Shown here: positions 30,894-40,818 of the stretch, one piece after another
Layout of the letters: every line of letters begins with the position of its first letter
Numbering within the stretch: position 1 is the first letter of the stretch
Source of the DNA: Candidatus Poribacteria bacterium
Lineage (GTDB): Bacteria; Poribacteria; WGA-4E; WGA-3G
Assembly (NCBI GenBank): GCA_965242965.1
Contig: OZ251518.1
Location: 5,568,001 to 5,632,000 of the forward strand
Direction of reading: 5' to 3'
Length of the DNA stretch: 64,000 nucleotides
Notes under the pieces: model-generated
Told to the model about the DNA's origin: nothing
The model's input: only the letters and a program-made list of their open reading frames with translations
Databases searched by the model: none
Translations under genes and position numbers: made by a program

Positions 30894-30949
30894 GAAAAAT
30901 GTGATTTGGCGTAGGTAAGGCTCACGTGAGCCCTACCTACAGGTTAATG

Positions 30950-31555
30950 CTACGCGTTCGCGATGTAGAGTTCGTTGACGCGCGTCCAATTGATGACGTT
31001 CGTCCACGCCTCAACGTAATCGGGACGGCGGTTCTGGTACTTGAGATAGTAGGCGTGCTCCCAGACATCAATGCCGAGCAGCGGAGTGTGCCCATGCATC
31101 AGCGGGCTGTCCTGATTCGCCGTGGAGTAGATCTCCAGTCCGTTATCGCCGAGGACGAGCCATGCCCATCCGGAGCCGAACCGTGTCGTCGCGGCGGTGC
31201 CGAACAAGTCGCGGGCTTCGTGCAGTCCACCGAAGGCGGACTCGATTGCAGACGCGATTTCGCCGCCGATTTCGCCACCGTTGGGGCTCATGGTAGACCA
31301 GAAGAGCGAGTGGTTCGCATGGCCGCCGCCGTTGTTAATCACCGCTTGGCGTTTGTCTTCGGGCACCCTGTCAAGGTTTTGCAGCAGATCTGCAACGTCC
31401 ATATCAGCGAGTTCCCCGAGCCCTTCCAAAGCAGCGTTCAGGTTATTGACGTAGCCTTGATGGTGTTTCCCGTGGTGGATTTCCATCGTCTGTGCGTCAA
31501 TGTAAGGTTCCAAAGCATCGTGCGCGTAAGGCAGTGCCGGTAATGTATGTGCCAT
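30950..31555 (-). CDS. sodA: Superoxide dismutase, Mn-type signatures
   Basis: [31 protein letters not shown]. Confidence 0.95.
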   Translation of the reverse strand: MAHTLPALPYAHDALEPYIDAQTMEIHHGKHHQGYVNNLNAALEGLGELADMDVADLLQNLDRVPEDKRQAVINNGGGHANHSLFWSTMSPNGGEIGGEIASAIESAFGGLHEARDLFGTAATTRFGSGWAWLVLGDNGLEIYSTANQDSPLMHGHTPLLGIDVWEHAYYLKYQNRRPDYVEAWTNVINWTRVNELYIANA

Positions 31556-31669
31556 TTTGAATTCTTCGTCGGCGTTTCATCCAAATTGAACGAGTTCCGA
31601 CAAAAAACCTCCTTAAAATATAATGTTAAAAATTATAACAGATTTGCGATTTGCATGCAAGCGAAAAAT

Positions 31670-34600
31670 TTATGCATCCGCATCATTCGTTTCGGGAACC
31701 GCGCCGACGCGGCACATCTGCTTGTAGGAACAATAATTACAAGGTGCCGTTTTGTTGCGCGGTGTGAGTGGGAAACTGCCGTCTTCCACAGCATCCACAA
31801 ACGTCTTCACGCGTGTGATGAGCGGGAATTTGCCGTCGCACATTTCATCAACGTAATGCGCGACATAGCCAATCACGCGCTGAATGACAGGAGGAAGGGG
31901 CTCAACGAGTTGTCCACTTCTGCCACTTCTGCCACCAACTTTATTCCAGACTTCGCCATTGTAACCCTGGAAGCTGGTACCGTTGTCATCTTTGTTGCCG
32001 ACACCCAATTCAACGGTGCATGTATCAAACCTGACTTTGTGATACAACCCCGCCGCTGGGCGGTATTCTCCCTGCAGGAGATGCTTGGCAATTTCCAGAT
32101 AGATAGGCAGTTGGAGGGCGCGTCCCTCGCAGATGTCTCGGATGCGAATCGTTGAGTTCCCGGTTTTATAGTCAATGACGTTGAAAACGCCATCGCCGAT
32201 ATCAATCCGGTCGATTTTCGCGTGCAGCGGCACACCGCCAATAGAAATAGGCTGCTCGCGGCTGAGTGCCGCATCGGCGTTCCCCGATTTTTTGTCTCCG
32301 ATGTTGACTTCAAAATAACGTGGGAGCACCGGCAAATCGGCATCGCGTTCCGCCTCAAGCCATCGGTGCAAGGCGATTTGCAACCGCTCTTTCTCGATTT
32401 GCCAGAAGAGGTTGTCGCTGCCAATCGCGGTTTCCTGTCTTGCGCTAAGGCGGAGGCGATGCTCTTCGGTGGCGCGCTCGATCACTTCATCTAATTGTCG
32501 TTTCGCTTCGGCAAAGTTCGCCGCGTTCGGCTGTTGTCCATCGCGGTTCGTGTAGAATTCAAAGAGGATCTGGTGGACCAGGGTGCCTTTTTCTCGCGCG
32601 GAGAGTCCCTCTTCGTCATCTCTCGGTGCGTTGAGCCGCAAAATTCTATCCGCAAAATATTGGAACGGGCACTTCGCGTATGTCTCTAATTCTGTGACAG
32701 AGTGTGGCTTAACGCGCAGTTCTGCCAAGGCACTGTGGTTTCGCTCCGTTAAAATCCCTTCATAGGCTAAGCGATTGTGCGTTTCCTCTCGGCTTTTCTC
32801 GACAAGGGCGACATGGTTTACCAGGGGCATAGTACGCGCCCAACGCGCGTCTCTGAAATCGGTTGCCGGTGCTTCAGTTTTCCATACGTATTGCCCATAT
32901 TTCCGCAGGAAACTGGCGTGACTGAATTCGCCGGTAGTCTCAACTTCTTCCGTGCCGATTTTCGCCACCTGTTCAAGTTGCGCGAGGAACGGAGAAGGAA
33001 TGAGGTCTGACTCGTTTTCGCGCTCAGGGCTTATCAAATAGAGACGTTCCCGGAAAGCCTTGAGTGCCATATAGAAGAGAAAGCGTTGCTCGCACTGCTG
33101 GTCTGACTCACTACGGACGTATGTTTCCGGGAGCAATGCATCTGGCAGATAATTAGTAGGGAACCGGCCATCGGTGAAGTCACCGAGGATCACCGTGTCA
33201 AAGTCAAGACTTTGAAGTTGGGATAAACTGAGGATGCGCACGCCGCCGCTCGTTTCAGGCGTTGGATATGTGGTCCGCGCCGCCATCAGCCGGAGAGACT
33301 GGACGTATTTGTGATACGGATGCTTCGCCTCTTTGGAACCAGAGTCCGACTCGTTAAGTGTTCGACACAATTCGTCAACAAGAATATTGAGTGCGCGATA
33401 CGCAGCAATTTCCGATGAAATCACTGCACTATCAATCGCGTCCGGTGAGTTCAGAATGTTGCGCTGAACTTTTCCCTGTTCAAGCAGCTGAGTAAAATAG
33501 GTTTGAAACGCCTTGGGTGTCATCTCTCTCTGGCGCGGCGGCATCTCAACCTCCGAGAAATAGGGCGGTTCGTTCGGGACGGCATTCTCCGTAAGGCAAG
33601 AGAAGATTGCCTTTACCACCGGCGACTGAGCGAGAGGATGCGCTTCCATCACCGAATAGGGGATACCGTGCTCGGGGAAAATCTCGGCGATGCGCTGTAG
33701 ATACAGCTCAGGGTTGTGATACGTGACACAGATGTCGTCTGGCTGACATGCGCCGTTCTTGATGCGCTGCCTGATGAGATGCGCTACATGCTCTACCTCG
33801 TCCATCCGGTCTGGGGGCCTGACGAGTTTTATTTTCTCGTGCAGGTTCATCCGTGAACTAGCATCTGAATAAGACTGGAACAGATTCTGTGCGAAATGCG
33901 CGATGCGTTCTAACCGGGGTGGCAGCAACTCTTCAGTGATAACCTCGGAGTCGCAGAGCTCCTCAAAGAGGTTCTCTACGTGCCCAAACAGCGCAGGATT
34001 GCCTTCCTGATAATCCGCTCGGAAGTATACCTGCATATTCGGGATGTCGGCAATCTGTGCCAAAATTTTGATATCCGCTTTGGAGAAGACATCAAAATCC
34101 TCAACGCTAACGAGAGAGACACCTGGGAACGCGGCCGTCATCAACTTCGGTTCAAAGTGCGTGGAGAGGAAAAGGTGCATCCCCTGTTCATCTATCCAAT
34201 TTGGGTTGAGTTTATCCTGATAGTCACGATAGAGTTTGGTAAGCGCAGTTAAGTAGGGGTTGTCCGTCTTTCGCGCGTCCGATTTAAGTCCGCTCCATCC
34301 CTCAGCGTCAGTGCCTCGTGCGTTGAGATAGTTAATGGTGTTGACGATGAGGGAGAGTGTGCTATCCGGCACTGGAACGTCTTGCACCGGGCTGAACGCT
34401 TGTTGCGCTTTTTCGTCAACAAGCTCGCGTAGCCAGAGGGTTTGCATGCCGGGGGAAATTTCTACGCGCTTTTCGTTCGTATCAAGTTGTGCGTAGAGGC
34501 GGCGCACAAATTTGGCGAGCGTATGCACGCGCAGATTCGCCACTGTCTTGCTCGGATGATACTGGAGCAACTCGCGTTGTCGTTTCAAACGCGCCGCAGG

Positions 34601-34678
34601 AGTAGGGACAATGACGACAAATGTTTCTGCGTTGTCCTCTCTGATACGAGATTTGAGGATGCTCTCAATATTTTGCAT
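31670..34678 (-). CDS. AddB/RexB-like protein: inactive helicase plus PD-(D/E)xK nuclease with Fe-S cysteines
   Basis: SVTELETYAKCPFQYF, KGTLVH, KIDRID..IDYKTG, LQLPIY, CNYCSYKQMC. Confidence 0.8.
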   Translation of the reverse strand: MQNIESILKSRIREDNAETFVVIVPTPAARLKRQRELLQYHPSKTVANLRVHTLAKFVRRLYAQLDTNEKRVEISPGMQTLWLRELVDEKAQQAFSPVQDVPVPDSTLSLIVNTINYLNARGTDAEGWSGLKSDARKTDNPYLTALTKLYRDYQDKLNPNWIDEQGMHLFLSTHFEPKLMTAAFPGVSLVSVEDFDVFSKADIKILAQIADIPNMQVYFRADYQEGNPALFGHVENLFEELCDSEVITEELLPPRLERIAHFAQNLFQSYSDASSRMNLHEKIKLVRPPDRMDEVEHVAHLIRQRIKNGACQPDDICVTYHNPELYLQRIAEIFPEHGIPYSVMEAHPLAQSPVVKAIFSCLTENAVPNEPPYFSEVEMPPRQREMTPKAFQTYFTQLLEQGKVQRNILNSPDAIDSAVISSEIAAYRALNILVDELCRTLNESDSGSKEAKHPYHKYVQSLRLMAARTTYPTPETSGGVRILSLSQLQSLDFDTVILGDFTDGRFPTNYLPDALLPETYVRSESDQQCEQRFLFYMALKAFRERLYLISPERENESDLIPSPFLAQLEQVAKIGTEEVETTGEFSHASFLRKYGQYVWKTEAPATDFRDARWARTMPLVNHVALVEKSREETHNRLAYEGILTERNHSALAELRVKPHSVTELETYAKCPFQYFADRILRLNAPRDDEEGLSAREKGTLVHQILFEFYTNRDGQQPNAANFAEAKRQLDEVIERATEEHRLRLSARQETAIGSDNLFWQIEKERLQIALHRWLEAERDADLPVLPRYFEVNIGDKKSGNADAALSREQPISIGGVPLHAKIDRIDIGDGVFNVIDYKTGNSTIRIRDICEGRALQLPIYLEIAKHLLQGEYRPAAGLYHKVRFDTCTVELGVGNKDDNGTSFQGYNGEVWNKVGGRSGRSGQLVEPLPPVIQRVIGYVAHYVDEMCDGKFPLITRVKTFVDAVEDGSFPLTPRNKTAPCNYCSYKQMCRVGAVPETNDADA

Positions 34679-34736
34679 CTATTCGCTCCTAAGTTGATTG
34701 ATACATCGGGGGCGCGGTTAGAAACCGCGCCTTGCA

Positions 34737-35711
34737 TCAGCGTGCTTCATTCGCGCTGGAGACAAGATTTGCCGCAAATTCTTCAAGCGTTGGCACCTGT
34801 ATCGCTTCGCGATGCAACTGCTTGAGACGCTGCGAATCGTCAATCGCCTCCAAGGCGGGTTTCAATGTCTGGACACCGCGTGGATGAAAGCGGACTTCTA
34901 ACACGTCAAGCAAAGCCCCAAGGGCAGTCTCGCGTATCCCTTGTTGGATACCGCGTTCAATCCCTTGCTCGATGCCCTGTGCTACTGCTTTCTCGGTGAA
35001 GTATTGGACAATCGATGATTCGTTCATGGTTTCCTCTAATATGATTTTGCGAAGGGTCGCGGCGTTTAAAATTAAGCCGCCCAAAACGCCTAATTCGCCC
35101 AAACACTCGCTCTTGCTCGCTGCATCCGGTAGAGCGATGTCAATAGTTTTCACACAGTGCCGGAGCCACTGCGCCTCGTCCATCCCGGTTTGCGGCTTCA
35201 TCAGTGCAGCAAAAGGAAATAAACCGGTTTGGCCCAGATTCAGCAACGCCTGGCCTTCCATCTCGCCGAGTCTGATAACCTTATACTGGACGCGGACCTC
35301 GTATTCTGGAATATCTTGATGATACTCCCCCGGGTCTTTCGCACCTGCATCGGGGTGGAGATAAACGACATGAGATAGGATAGGCAGCCCGTAGAGTCCA
35401 ATGCCTCTGCAGGCGTATCCTGCCATGCGAAATTCGATGGGAATCTGAGTACTATCGCGCGTCTGAAACTCGCAATGCACAATGGTTTTTCGCCCGCGGA
35501 TATTGACGAGTACGAAACTATCCGCGTGGTGCGTTTTCATTGTCAGTTGTGTCGTTTCAACAACCTCAAGAAAGTCCGCATCTTGGATGCCAAGAAGTTC
35601 TTTGACGAACGCCTCCGGGTGTCTTTGCACCACCAATTTTGTGACAGTATCAAACCGTGCCGGCAGTATGTCTGTCTTTTCGGACGCTTTCTGTTGTAGG
35701 CTACTGTTCAT
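34737..35711 (-). CDS. Rpn family recombination-promoting nuclease
   Basis: FDTVTK, ADSF..HCEFQT..RMAGY; C-terminal GIEQGIERGIQQG repeats. Confidence 0.8.
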   Translation of the reverse strand: MNSSLQQKASEKTDILPARFDTVTKLVVQRHPEAFVKELLGIQDADFLEVVETTQLTMKTHHADSFVLVNIRGRKTIVHCEFQTRDSTQIPIEFRMAGYACRGIGLYGLPILSHVVYLHPDAGAKDPGEYHQDIPEYEVRVQYKVIRLGEMEGQALLNLGQTGLFPFAALMKPQTGMDEAQWLRHCVKTIDIALPDAASKSECLGELGVLGGLILNAATLRKIILEETMNESSIVQYFTEKAVAQGIEQGIERGIQQGIRETALGALLDVLEVRFHPRGVQTLKPALEAIDDSQRLKQLHREAIQVPTLEEFAANLVSSANEAR

Positions 35712-35762
35712 AGTGAAATTTCTCGTGATTCATCATTGTGGCATCGCGGTTCAAAACCGCGC

Positions 35763-37685
35763 CTACCGGATTTGTGTGCCGAGCGGAACCTCTGTCTCCA
35801 AAGTTGCCAAAACTACCGCATCCCCACTCGCCGCGAGGAGCATGCCTTGCGACTCAACACCGCGGATAGTCGCCGGCTCTAAATTCGTCACGACGATTAC
35901 TTGCTTCCCGATTAAGGTTTCTGGCGCGTAGTGCTCAGCAATCCCCGCGACAACCTGCCGTTTTTCTGCCCCGAGGTCTACTTGCAATTTCAGGAGTCGG
36001 TTTGCCCCCGCAATCGGTTCGGCGGCGATAACTTTGGCGGCGCGTATGTCCAATTTTTGGAATTCCAAGAACGAGACGAGCTGGCTGGCTGCTTTTGCCG
36101 CCTTCTGTTTTGCGGTTCCAGCCTTAGTGCTTGAAGTCGGCGACGCTTTTTTCTCCCGCGTCTGTTTATCAATGCGCGGGAAAATCGGTTCACCGCGCGC
36201 TATCGCGAGGGTTGTCGGTAAGCCGCCCCACGCCGCAATGGTATCAAAACCGTTGGCACTATCGGCAGGGAGATTCAGTTGCTGTCGAATCCGGTCTGCC
36301 GTTTCGGGCATAAACGGCGAAACCAGCACGGCGATGATGCGCAACGCTTCCAAGCCGTTGTAGAGGATGGTGCCCATGCGCGGCCGGTTCTCCGGCGTGT
36401 TGAGCGTCCAGACTTCGGTTTGCTGGATGTAGCGGTTGATACGCCGCACGAACTCCCAGATTGTCTCTAGCACCGTGTCAAAAGCGAACGTCTCCATTAA
36501 CGCGTCCAATTTCTGAAGCGTTTCGCGATGCATCGCCTTAATTTCATCGTCAAATTCGCCCGGTGTCGTCGGTGCCGGCACCTGTTTGAAGTGTTTGCCG
36601 ACGAGGCCGAGGACGCGATTGAGCAGATTACCCAAATCGTTGGCAAGATCAGCGTGATAGCGCGCGTTGAGTCGGCTAGGACGATAGTCGCCATCGTTTC
36701 CAAAACTAAACTCGCGCAGCAGATAATAACGGAACGCATCCACGCCGTAGGTGGCGATGTCAGTATCCATATCAATGAAAATACCGCGCGTCTTGCTCAA
36801 CGCCTCACCCTCCTTCGTTAACCATCCATGTGCGACGATGTGTTTAGGCAGCGGGAGGTTCACCGCCATCAGCATCGCCGGCCAGATTAAGGCGTGGAAA
36901 CGGGTGATATCCTTCGCCATCATGTGGACATCGGCAGGCCAAAACTGCTGATACCGTTCGCTGTCGGTTTCATAGCCGAGTCCGGTGATGTAGTTACTCA
37001 GTGCTTCGATCCAGACGTAGGCGATATGCTCGGTATCAAACGGTAGCGGAATTCCCCACGAAACGGAGGAACGGGAGATGCTCACATCTTCCAACCCCGA
37101 TTCCAAAAAACTCAAGAGCTCGTTGCGCCGGGGCTCCGGATGGATGAACGTTGGGTTCTCACGGATATGCGCAATCAGCCGCGCCTGATACTTGGAGAGT
37201 TTAAAAAAGTAGTTCTCCTCTTCCACCCATTCTAACGGCAATTTATGGATAGGACAGATTTTCTCCTCGGTTAGTTCTTTTTCGGGGAAGAATTGTTCGC
37301 ACGGGCGGCAGTAGTGGCCTTCGTAGGTGTCTTTGTAGACATCGCCGCTGGCTTTGAGCGCGGTGAGGAATTTCCGGACACCGCGCTTGTGCATCTCGCT
37401 CGTCGTGCGGAGGAAGATATCGTGCGAGATGTTCAGCCGTTGCCACAACTTTGTGAACGTGGGTGCCATCTTATCGCAGTAGGCTTGCGGCGCGAGCCCC
37501 TCTTCCTCGGCGGCTTTATGCACATTCGCACCGTGTTCATCGACACCGGTGAGGAAGAACACATCGTGCCCTTTGAGGCGGTGATACCGCGCCAAGACAT
37601 CGGCGGCGATGTTGGTGTAGGCGTGCCCGGCATGCGGTTCGCCGTTGACGTAGTAAATGGGTGTGGTGAGGTAAAACGCTGTCAT
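35763..37685 (-). CDS. metG: Methionine--tRNA ligase with C-terminal tRNA-binding domain
   Basis: TTPIYYVNGEPHAGH, TGVDEHG, KDITRFH, C-terminal ESQGMLLAA. The ORF track's N-terminal extension is repeat-derived. Confidence 0.96.
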   Translation of the reverse strand: MTAFYLTTPIYYVNGEPHAGHAYTNIAADVLARYHRLKGHDVFFLTGVDEHGANVHKAAEEEGLAPQAYCDKMAPTFTKLWQRLNISHDIFLRTTSEMHKRGVRKFLTALKASGDVYKDTYEGHYCRPCEQFFPEKELTEEKICPIHKLPLEWVEEENYFFKLSKYQARLIAHIRENPTFIHPEPRRNELLSFLESGLEDVSISRSSVSWGIPLPFDTEHIAYVWIEALSNYITGLGYETDSERYQQFWPADVHMMAKDITRFHALIWPAMLMAVNLPLPKHIVAHGWLTKEGEALSKTRGIFIDMDTDIATYGVDAFRYYLLREFSFGNDGDYRPSRLNARYHADLANDLGNLLNRVLGLVGKHFKQVPAPTTPGEFDDEIKAMHRETLQKLDALMETFAFDTVLETIWEFVRRINRYIQQTEVWTLNTPENRPRMGTILYNGLEALRIIAVLVSPFMPETADRIRQQLNLPADSANGFDTIAAWGGLPTTLAIARGEPIFPRIDKQTREKKASPTSSTKAGTAKQKAAKAASQLVSFLEFQKLDIRAAKVIAAEPIAGANRLLKLQVDLGAEKRQVVAGIAEHYAPETLIGKQVIVVTNLEPATIRGVESQGMLLAASGDAVVLATLETEVPLGTQIR

Positions 37686-37759
37686 CGGTTTTCCTTTTTT
37701 GTTGTTCGCGAGGCGTTCGATTAGGGTTGTTCGCGTTAAGAACGTCTCTTTGCATAATT

Positions 37760-38210
37760 GAGGGTGTTTCATAACTCCGTTTCGGTAGTTATCCCGCCTT
37801 GGAGGGCGGGCGAATGCCGGCAGGCATCGGGCCCCCTCTGTAGTTTGTGATCGCCTGATCACAAACGGGTCAGGATCAGGCGATCCTGACCTACAGAGAT
37901 GATGCGCTCTGCCAGCCAAACGCATGGCGAGGGACAGGCCCTCGCCCTACGGTGAAGGGGGACGTGTTACCGTAGCGCGGGGGCCTGTCCCCCGCGATCG
38001 CTCGACCTCAGCGGAAAACGCCCGCAGCCCAGAGACTACGGATGTTTGCTGCTCAGCCCGGTGCATGGCGAGGGACAGGCCCTCGCCCTACGGTGAAAGC
38101 GGCCATCAAGCATGGCGAGGGACAGGCCCTCGCCCTACGTGAAGGGAGGCGTTTTTTACCCTATCGCGGGAAATGTCACCGCGACGTTGAGCGATTTATG
38201 AAACACTCTC
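37760..38210. mobile_element. MITE with GAGGGTGTTTCATAA TIRs carrying REP units
   Basis: Inverted TIRs; subterminal sequences shared with 11647-11940. Confidence 0.78.
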
Positions 38211-38215
38211 ACACA

Positions 38216-38244
38216 ATTATATCATAAAAATTGGGGTTTGTCAA
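38216..38244 (-). promoter_or_regulatory. Consensus sigma70 promoter, probably for metG
   Basis: TTGACA-N17-TATAAT on the minus strand. Confidence 0.8.
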
Positions 38245-38262
38245 CATTTTTCCAATTCAGGA

Positions 38263-39768
38263 TTATTTCGCTGCATCTTGCGCCGCCTGAATTTCTGACA
38301 ACAACTTTCGATACGCCTCCCTCTTCGGCTCCATCTCCAGCGCGCGATGAATTGCAGCGAACGCTTCCGCATACTGTCCATTGCGGTAATAGGCATACGC
38401 CAAGGTGTCGTAATACTTCGCTGTGGGGGATAATGCAACCGCCTTCTTCGCTAATGCCACAGCCGCTTGCAATTCCTCGCCGAGCCCGGCGTAGACGCGC
38501 GCCAAGTTGTTGTGCGCTTCCGCCGACATGCTATCGGCAGCAATTGCCGATTGGAATGCCTGAATCGCATCGGGGAACCGTTTTTGGTTAATAGCGATGA
38601 CACCTAACTTCAGCCACGCCTTTGCATCATCGGGAACGATTTCGGTGGCGCGGGTATAGACAGCACGCGCCTTTTCGAGAGCGCGTTGTCGGATAAACAA
38701 CTCGCCGAGGCGATGATAAGGCGGCAAAAACTTCGGATGCACCGTTGTCGCGATGTGGTAAACGCGTTCCGCCGCTGCTAGATTGTCAACCGACTCGTGG
38801 AGCGCGCCTAACTTGACATAAAGCGTCGGTTTGTTCGGATACGTGTAGAGCGACTCGCGATAGTAATGCACCGCATCCTCGTAAACTTTCATCCGGGTGA
38901 ATTCCGACATGGCGGTTTTCGCGCGCTCGGGTTCACGTAAAAGACGATAGGTGAGTGCAAGGCGGTAATAGGCTTGCGCCAAGTATTGATTGCGCGCAAG
39001 GGCATCGCGATAATGGGCAACCGCATCCGTCAAATTATTCTCCATCTCCGCGACTCTGCCTAACCCGTAATAGGATTCGGGACGCTCCGGATCCAGGCGT
39101 ATCCCGGCGCGATAGGCACGCTCAGCCGCTTTCAATCGGTGTTGGAGGAGATGGACATCGCCGAGGTGGATACGCACCTCGGCGGTTTCGGGAAGGAGCA
39201 TCACTGCCTGTTTAAGGTGTTTTTCAGCGAGCGGCAATTGTCCCTGCGCTTTGTAGACGATGCCACTGTGCAAGTGGGCATTACCGTGGACATGTGGCGG
39301 CGCATCCACTGCCAACGCCGCCTGATACGCCGCTATCGCCTCGCTGAGCATGTTTTTTTCTTCATAGACGATGCCGATGTAGCAGTATGTCAGACTCTGC
39401 GCCGGTGTCTGTTTTAAGATTGCCTGAAATGCGGCGAGTGCTTCGTCGTATTGTTCCTGTTCCAAATAGCGAACTGCCTCCTCAAATCGCGCCCGCGCCT
39501 GGGAGGTTGCGCCTACATCAAACTGCCCAGTAGGAGAGACCTCCCGGTCTCGATGCCTTCCGGTAGGAGAGACCTCCTGGTCTCGATGGACATCCTGCCA
39601 CGCAGGGAGGACGAACCCATGCCTTCCCGTAGGAGAGCCCTCCTGGTCTCGATGCCTTCCGGTAGGAGAGCCCTCCCGGTCTCGATGAGCATCCTGCCAC
39701 ACAGGTAGCACGAACACACCAAAGAAAAGCAGCAGAAATGGGAAGAAAAGCAGGACGCGCGTTAACAT
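38263..39768 (-). CDS. Exported tetratricopeptide-repeat protein with in-frame REP insertions
   Basis: Hydrophobic N-terminus, four HRD(R/Q)E(G/V)SPTG units, then ~11 TPRs. Confidence 0.88.
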   Translation of the reverse strand: MLTRVLLFFPFLLLFFGVFVLPVWQDAHRDREGSPTGRHRDQEGSPTGRHGFVLPAWQDVHRDQEVSPTGRHRDREVSPTGQFDVGATSQARARFEEAVRYLEQEQYDEALAAFQAILKQTPAQSLTYCYIGIVYEEKNMLSEAIAAYQAALAVDAPPHVHGNAHLHSGIVYKAQGQLPLAEKHLKQAVMLLPETAEVRIHLGDVHLLQHRLKAAERAYRAGIRLDPERPESYYGLGRVAEMENNLTDAVAHYRDALARNQYLAQAYYRLALTYRLLREPERAKTAMSEFTRMKVYEDAVHYYRESLYTYPNKPTLYVKLGALHESVDNLAAAERVYHIATTVHPKFLPPYHRLGELFIRQRALEKARAVYTRATEIVPDDAKAWLKLGVIAINQKRFPDAIQAFQSAIAADSMSAEAHNNLARVYAGLGEELQAAVALAKKAVALSPTAKYYDTLAYAYYRNGQYAEAFAAIHRALEMEPKREAYRKLLSEIQAAQDAAK

Positions 39769-39821
39769 ATTGATGCGTGGAGGGACGGCATAAAAGCCGT
39801 CCCTACCTCTCGGGTGAGAAA

Positions 39822-40613
39822 TTAATCACGACGCGCTTTCACAGAGCCCCACGTCGTGGTGAGTTTATCCTTCGCTTCAACAGGCAGCAGATTTCCATCC
39901 ATCACATCTACCACCTCGTCGGCACTCAGGGCGCGGTCATACACGTAAAGATCATCGAGGTAGAAGAGCGCAGCCCCGTAGCCGGTTTTGCCGACATAGA
40001 GTTGCTCTGCGCCTTGCGCGTGGTCCTTCGGCACCGCCTGTTCCTCGATTTCCTCGCCATCAATGTAAAACCGCAGTTGGCCACCGTCTTTGACACCAGC
40101 AATATGATACCATTCACCGGTCTCAAATTCATCGCCTTCGCCCCCGGGTCCGGTGCAATGCGTGCCTTGGTTTCCGGGATTGAACCGGTAGTGAATGTGC
40201 AAGGTAACGCGATTGCAGGTCCAAATACCGGGCGACCGGTCGGAGCCAGGTGCCTTCTTCGCGATGATTTGGTTCCAACTCCCGGAGTTCTTATCGGTGA
40301 ATTGGAGCCAAAAGAGATAGGAATTATCTTGGTAATCCTCCAACTCTTTGAAGGAGTCCACCGTCATCCCTGCCCCAGCATCTTCGCATCGCAGTGCGCC
40401 AGAGCCGTAGACAATCTCTTCATCGCTTATCTCCGCTTTGTCAAGCGTTCCATCGTTACCGCCGCCGGTTTCATCCTCCACCGTTCCGCCTTTTTCGTTA
40501 TCGAAACTGAAATAGAGGATGAGGCCGTCGTCTTGCACCGTTGCGGCTTGCGCGAAGAGTGCGCCGCTTCCGAACAAGAGCGCGAGCGTGAATAAAAACA
40601 TCGTCATTCGCAT
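39822..40613 (-). CDS. Secreted LamG-like (concanavalin A) domain protein
   Basis: LILYFSFD, WYHIAGV..YIDG, LDDLYVYDRALS; C-terminal PVEAKDKLTTTWGSVK. Confidence 0.88.
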   Translation of the reverse strand: MRMTMFLFTLALLFGSGALFAQAATVQDDGLILYFSFDNEKGGTVEDETGGGNDGTLDKAEISDEEIVYGSGALRCEDAGAGMTVDSFKELEDYQDNSYLFWLQFTDKNSGSWNQIIAKKAPGSDRSPGIWTCNRVTLHIHYRFNPGNQGTHCTGPGGEGDEFETGEWYHIAGVKDGGQLRFYIDGEEIEEQAVPKDHAQGAEQLYVGKTGYGAALFYLDDLYVYDRALSADEVVDVMDGNLLPVEAKDKLTTTWGSVKARRD

Positions 40614-40818
40614 GAGTCAACCTCCTCATACTATGTGTAGAAAAGCGTTTACAGTTTGTGCGAACCTTTTAAGATTCGCGTTCTGGACTCGTGTGGCTAT
40701 TTTACAAAAAACGCGAAAATTTGTCAAGAAAAAACATTTGACATGCAAAATCAGGTGTGGTATCATATATTTATTATTGATATAACCCGCGAGATTGTTG
40801 AGGAAGAAAAAATAAACA

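Noticed and set aside
37686-38215. T-box or SAM riboswitch upstream of metG
   Set aside because: No UGGNACC antiterminator or S-box core was seen; the region is explained by the MITE.
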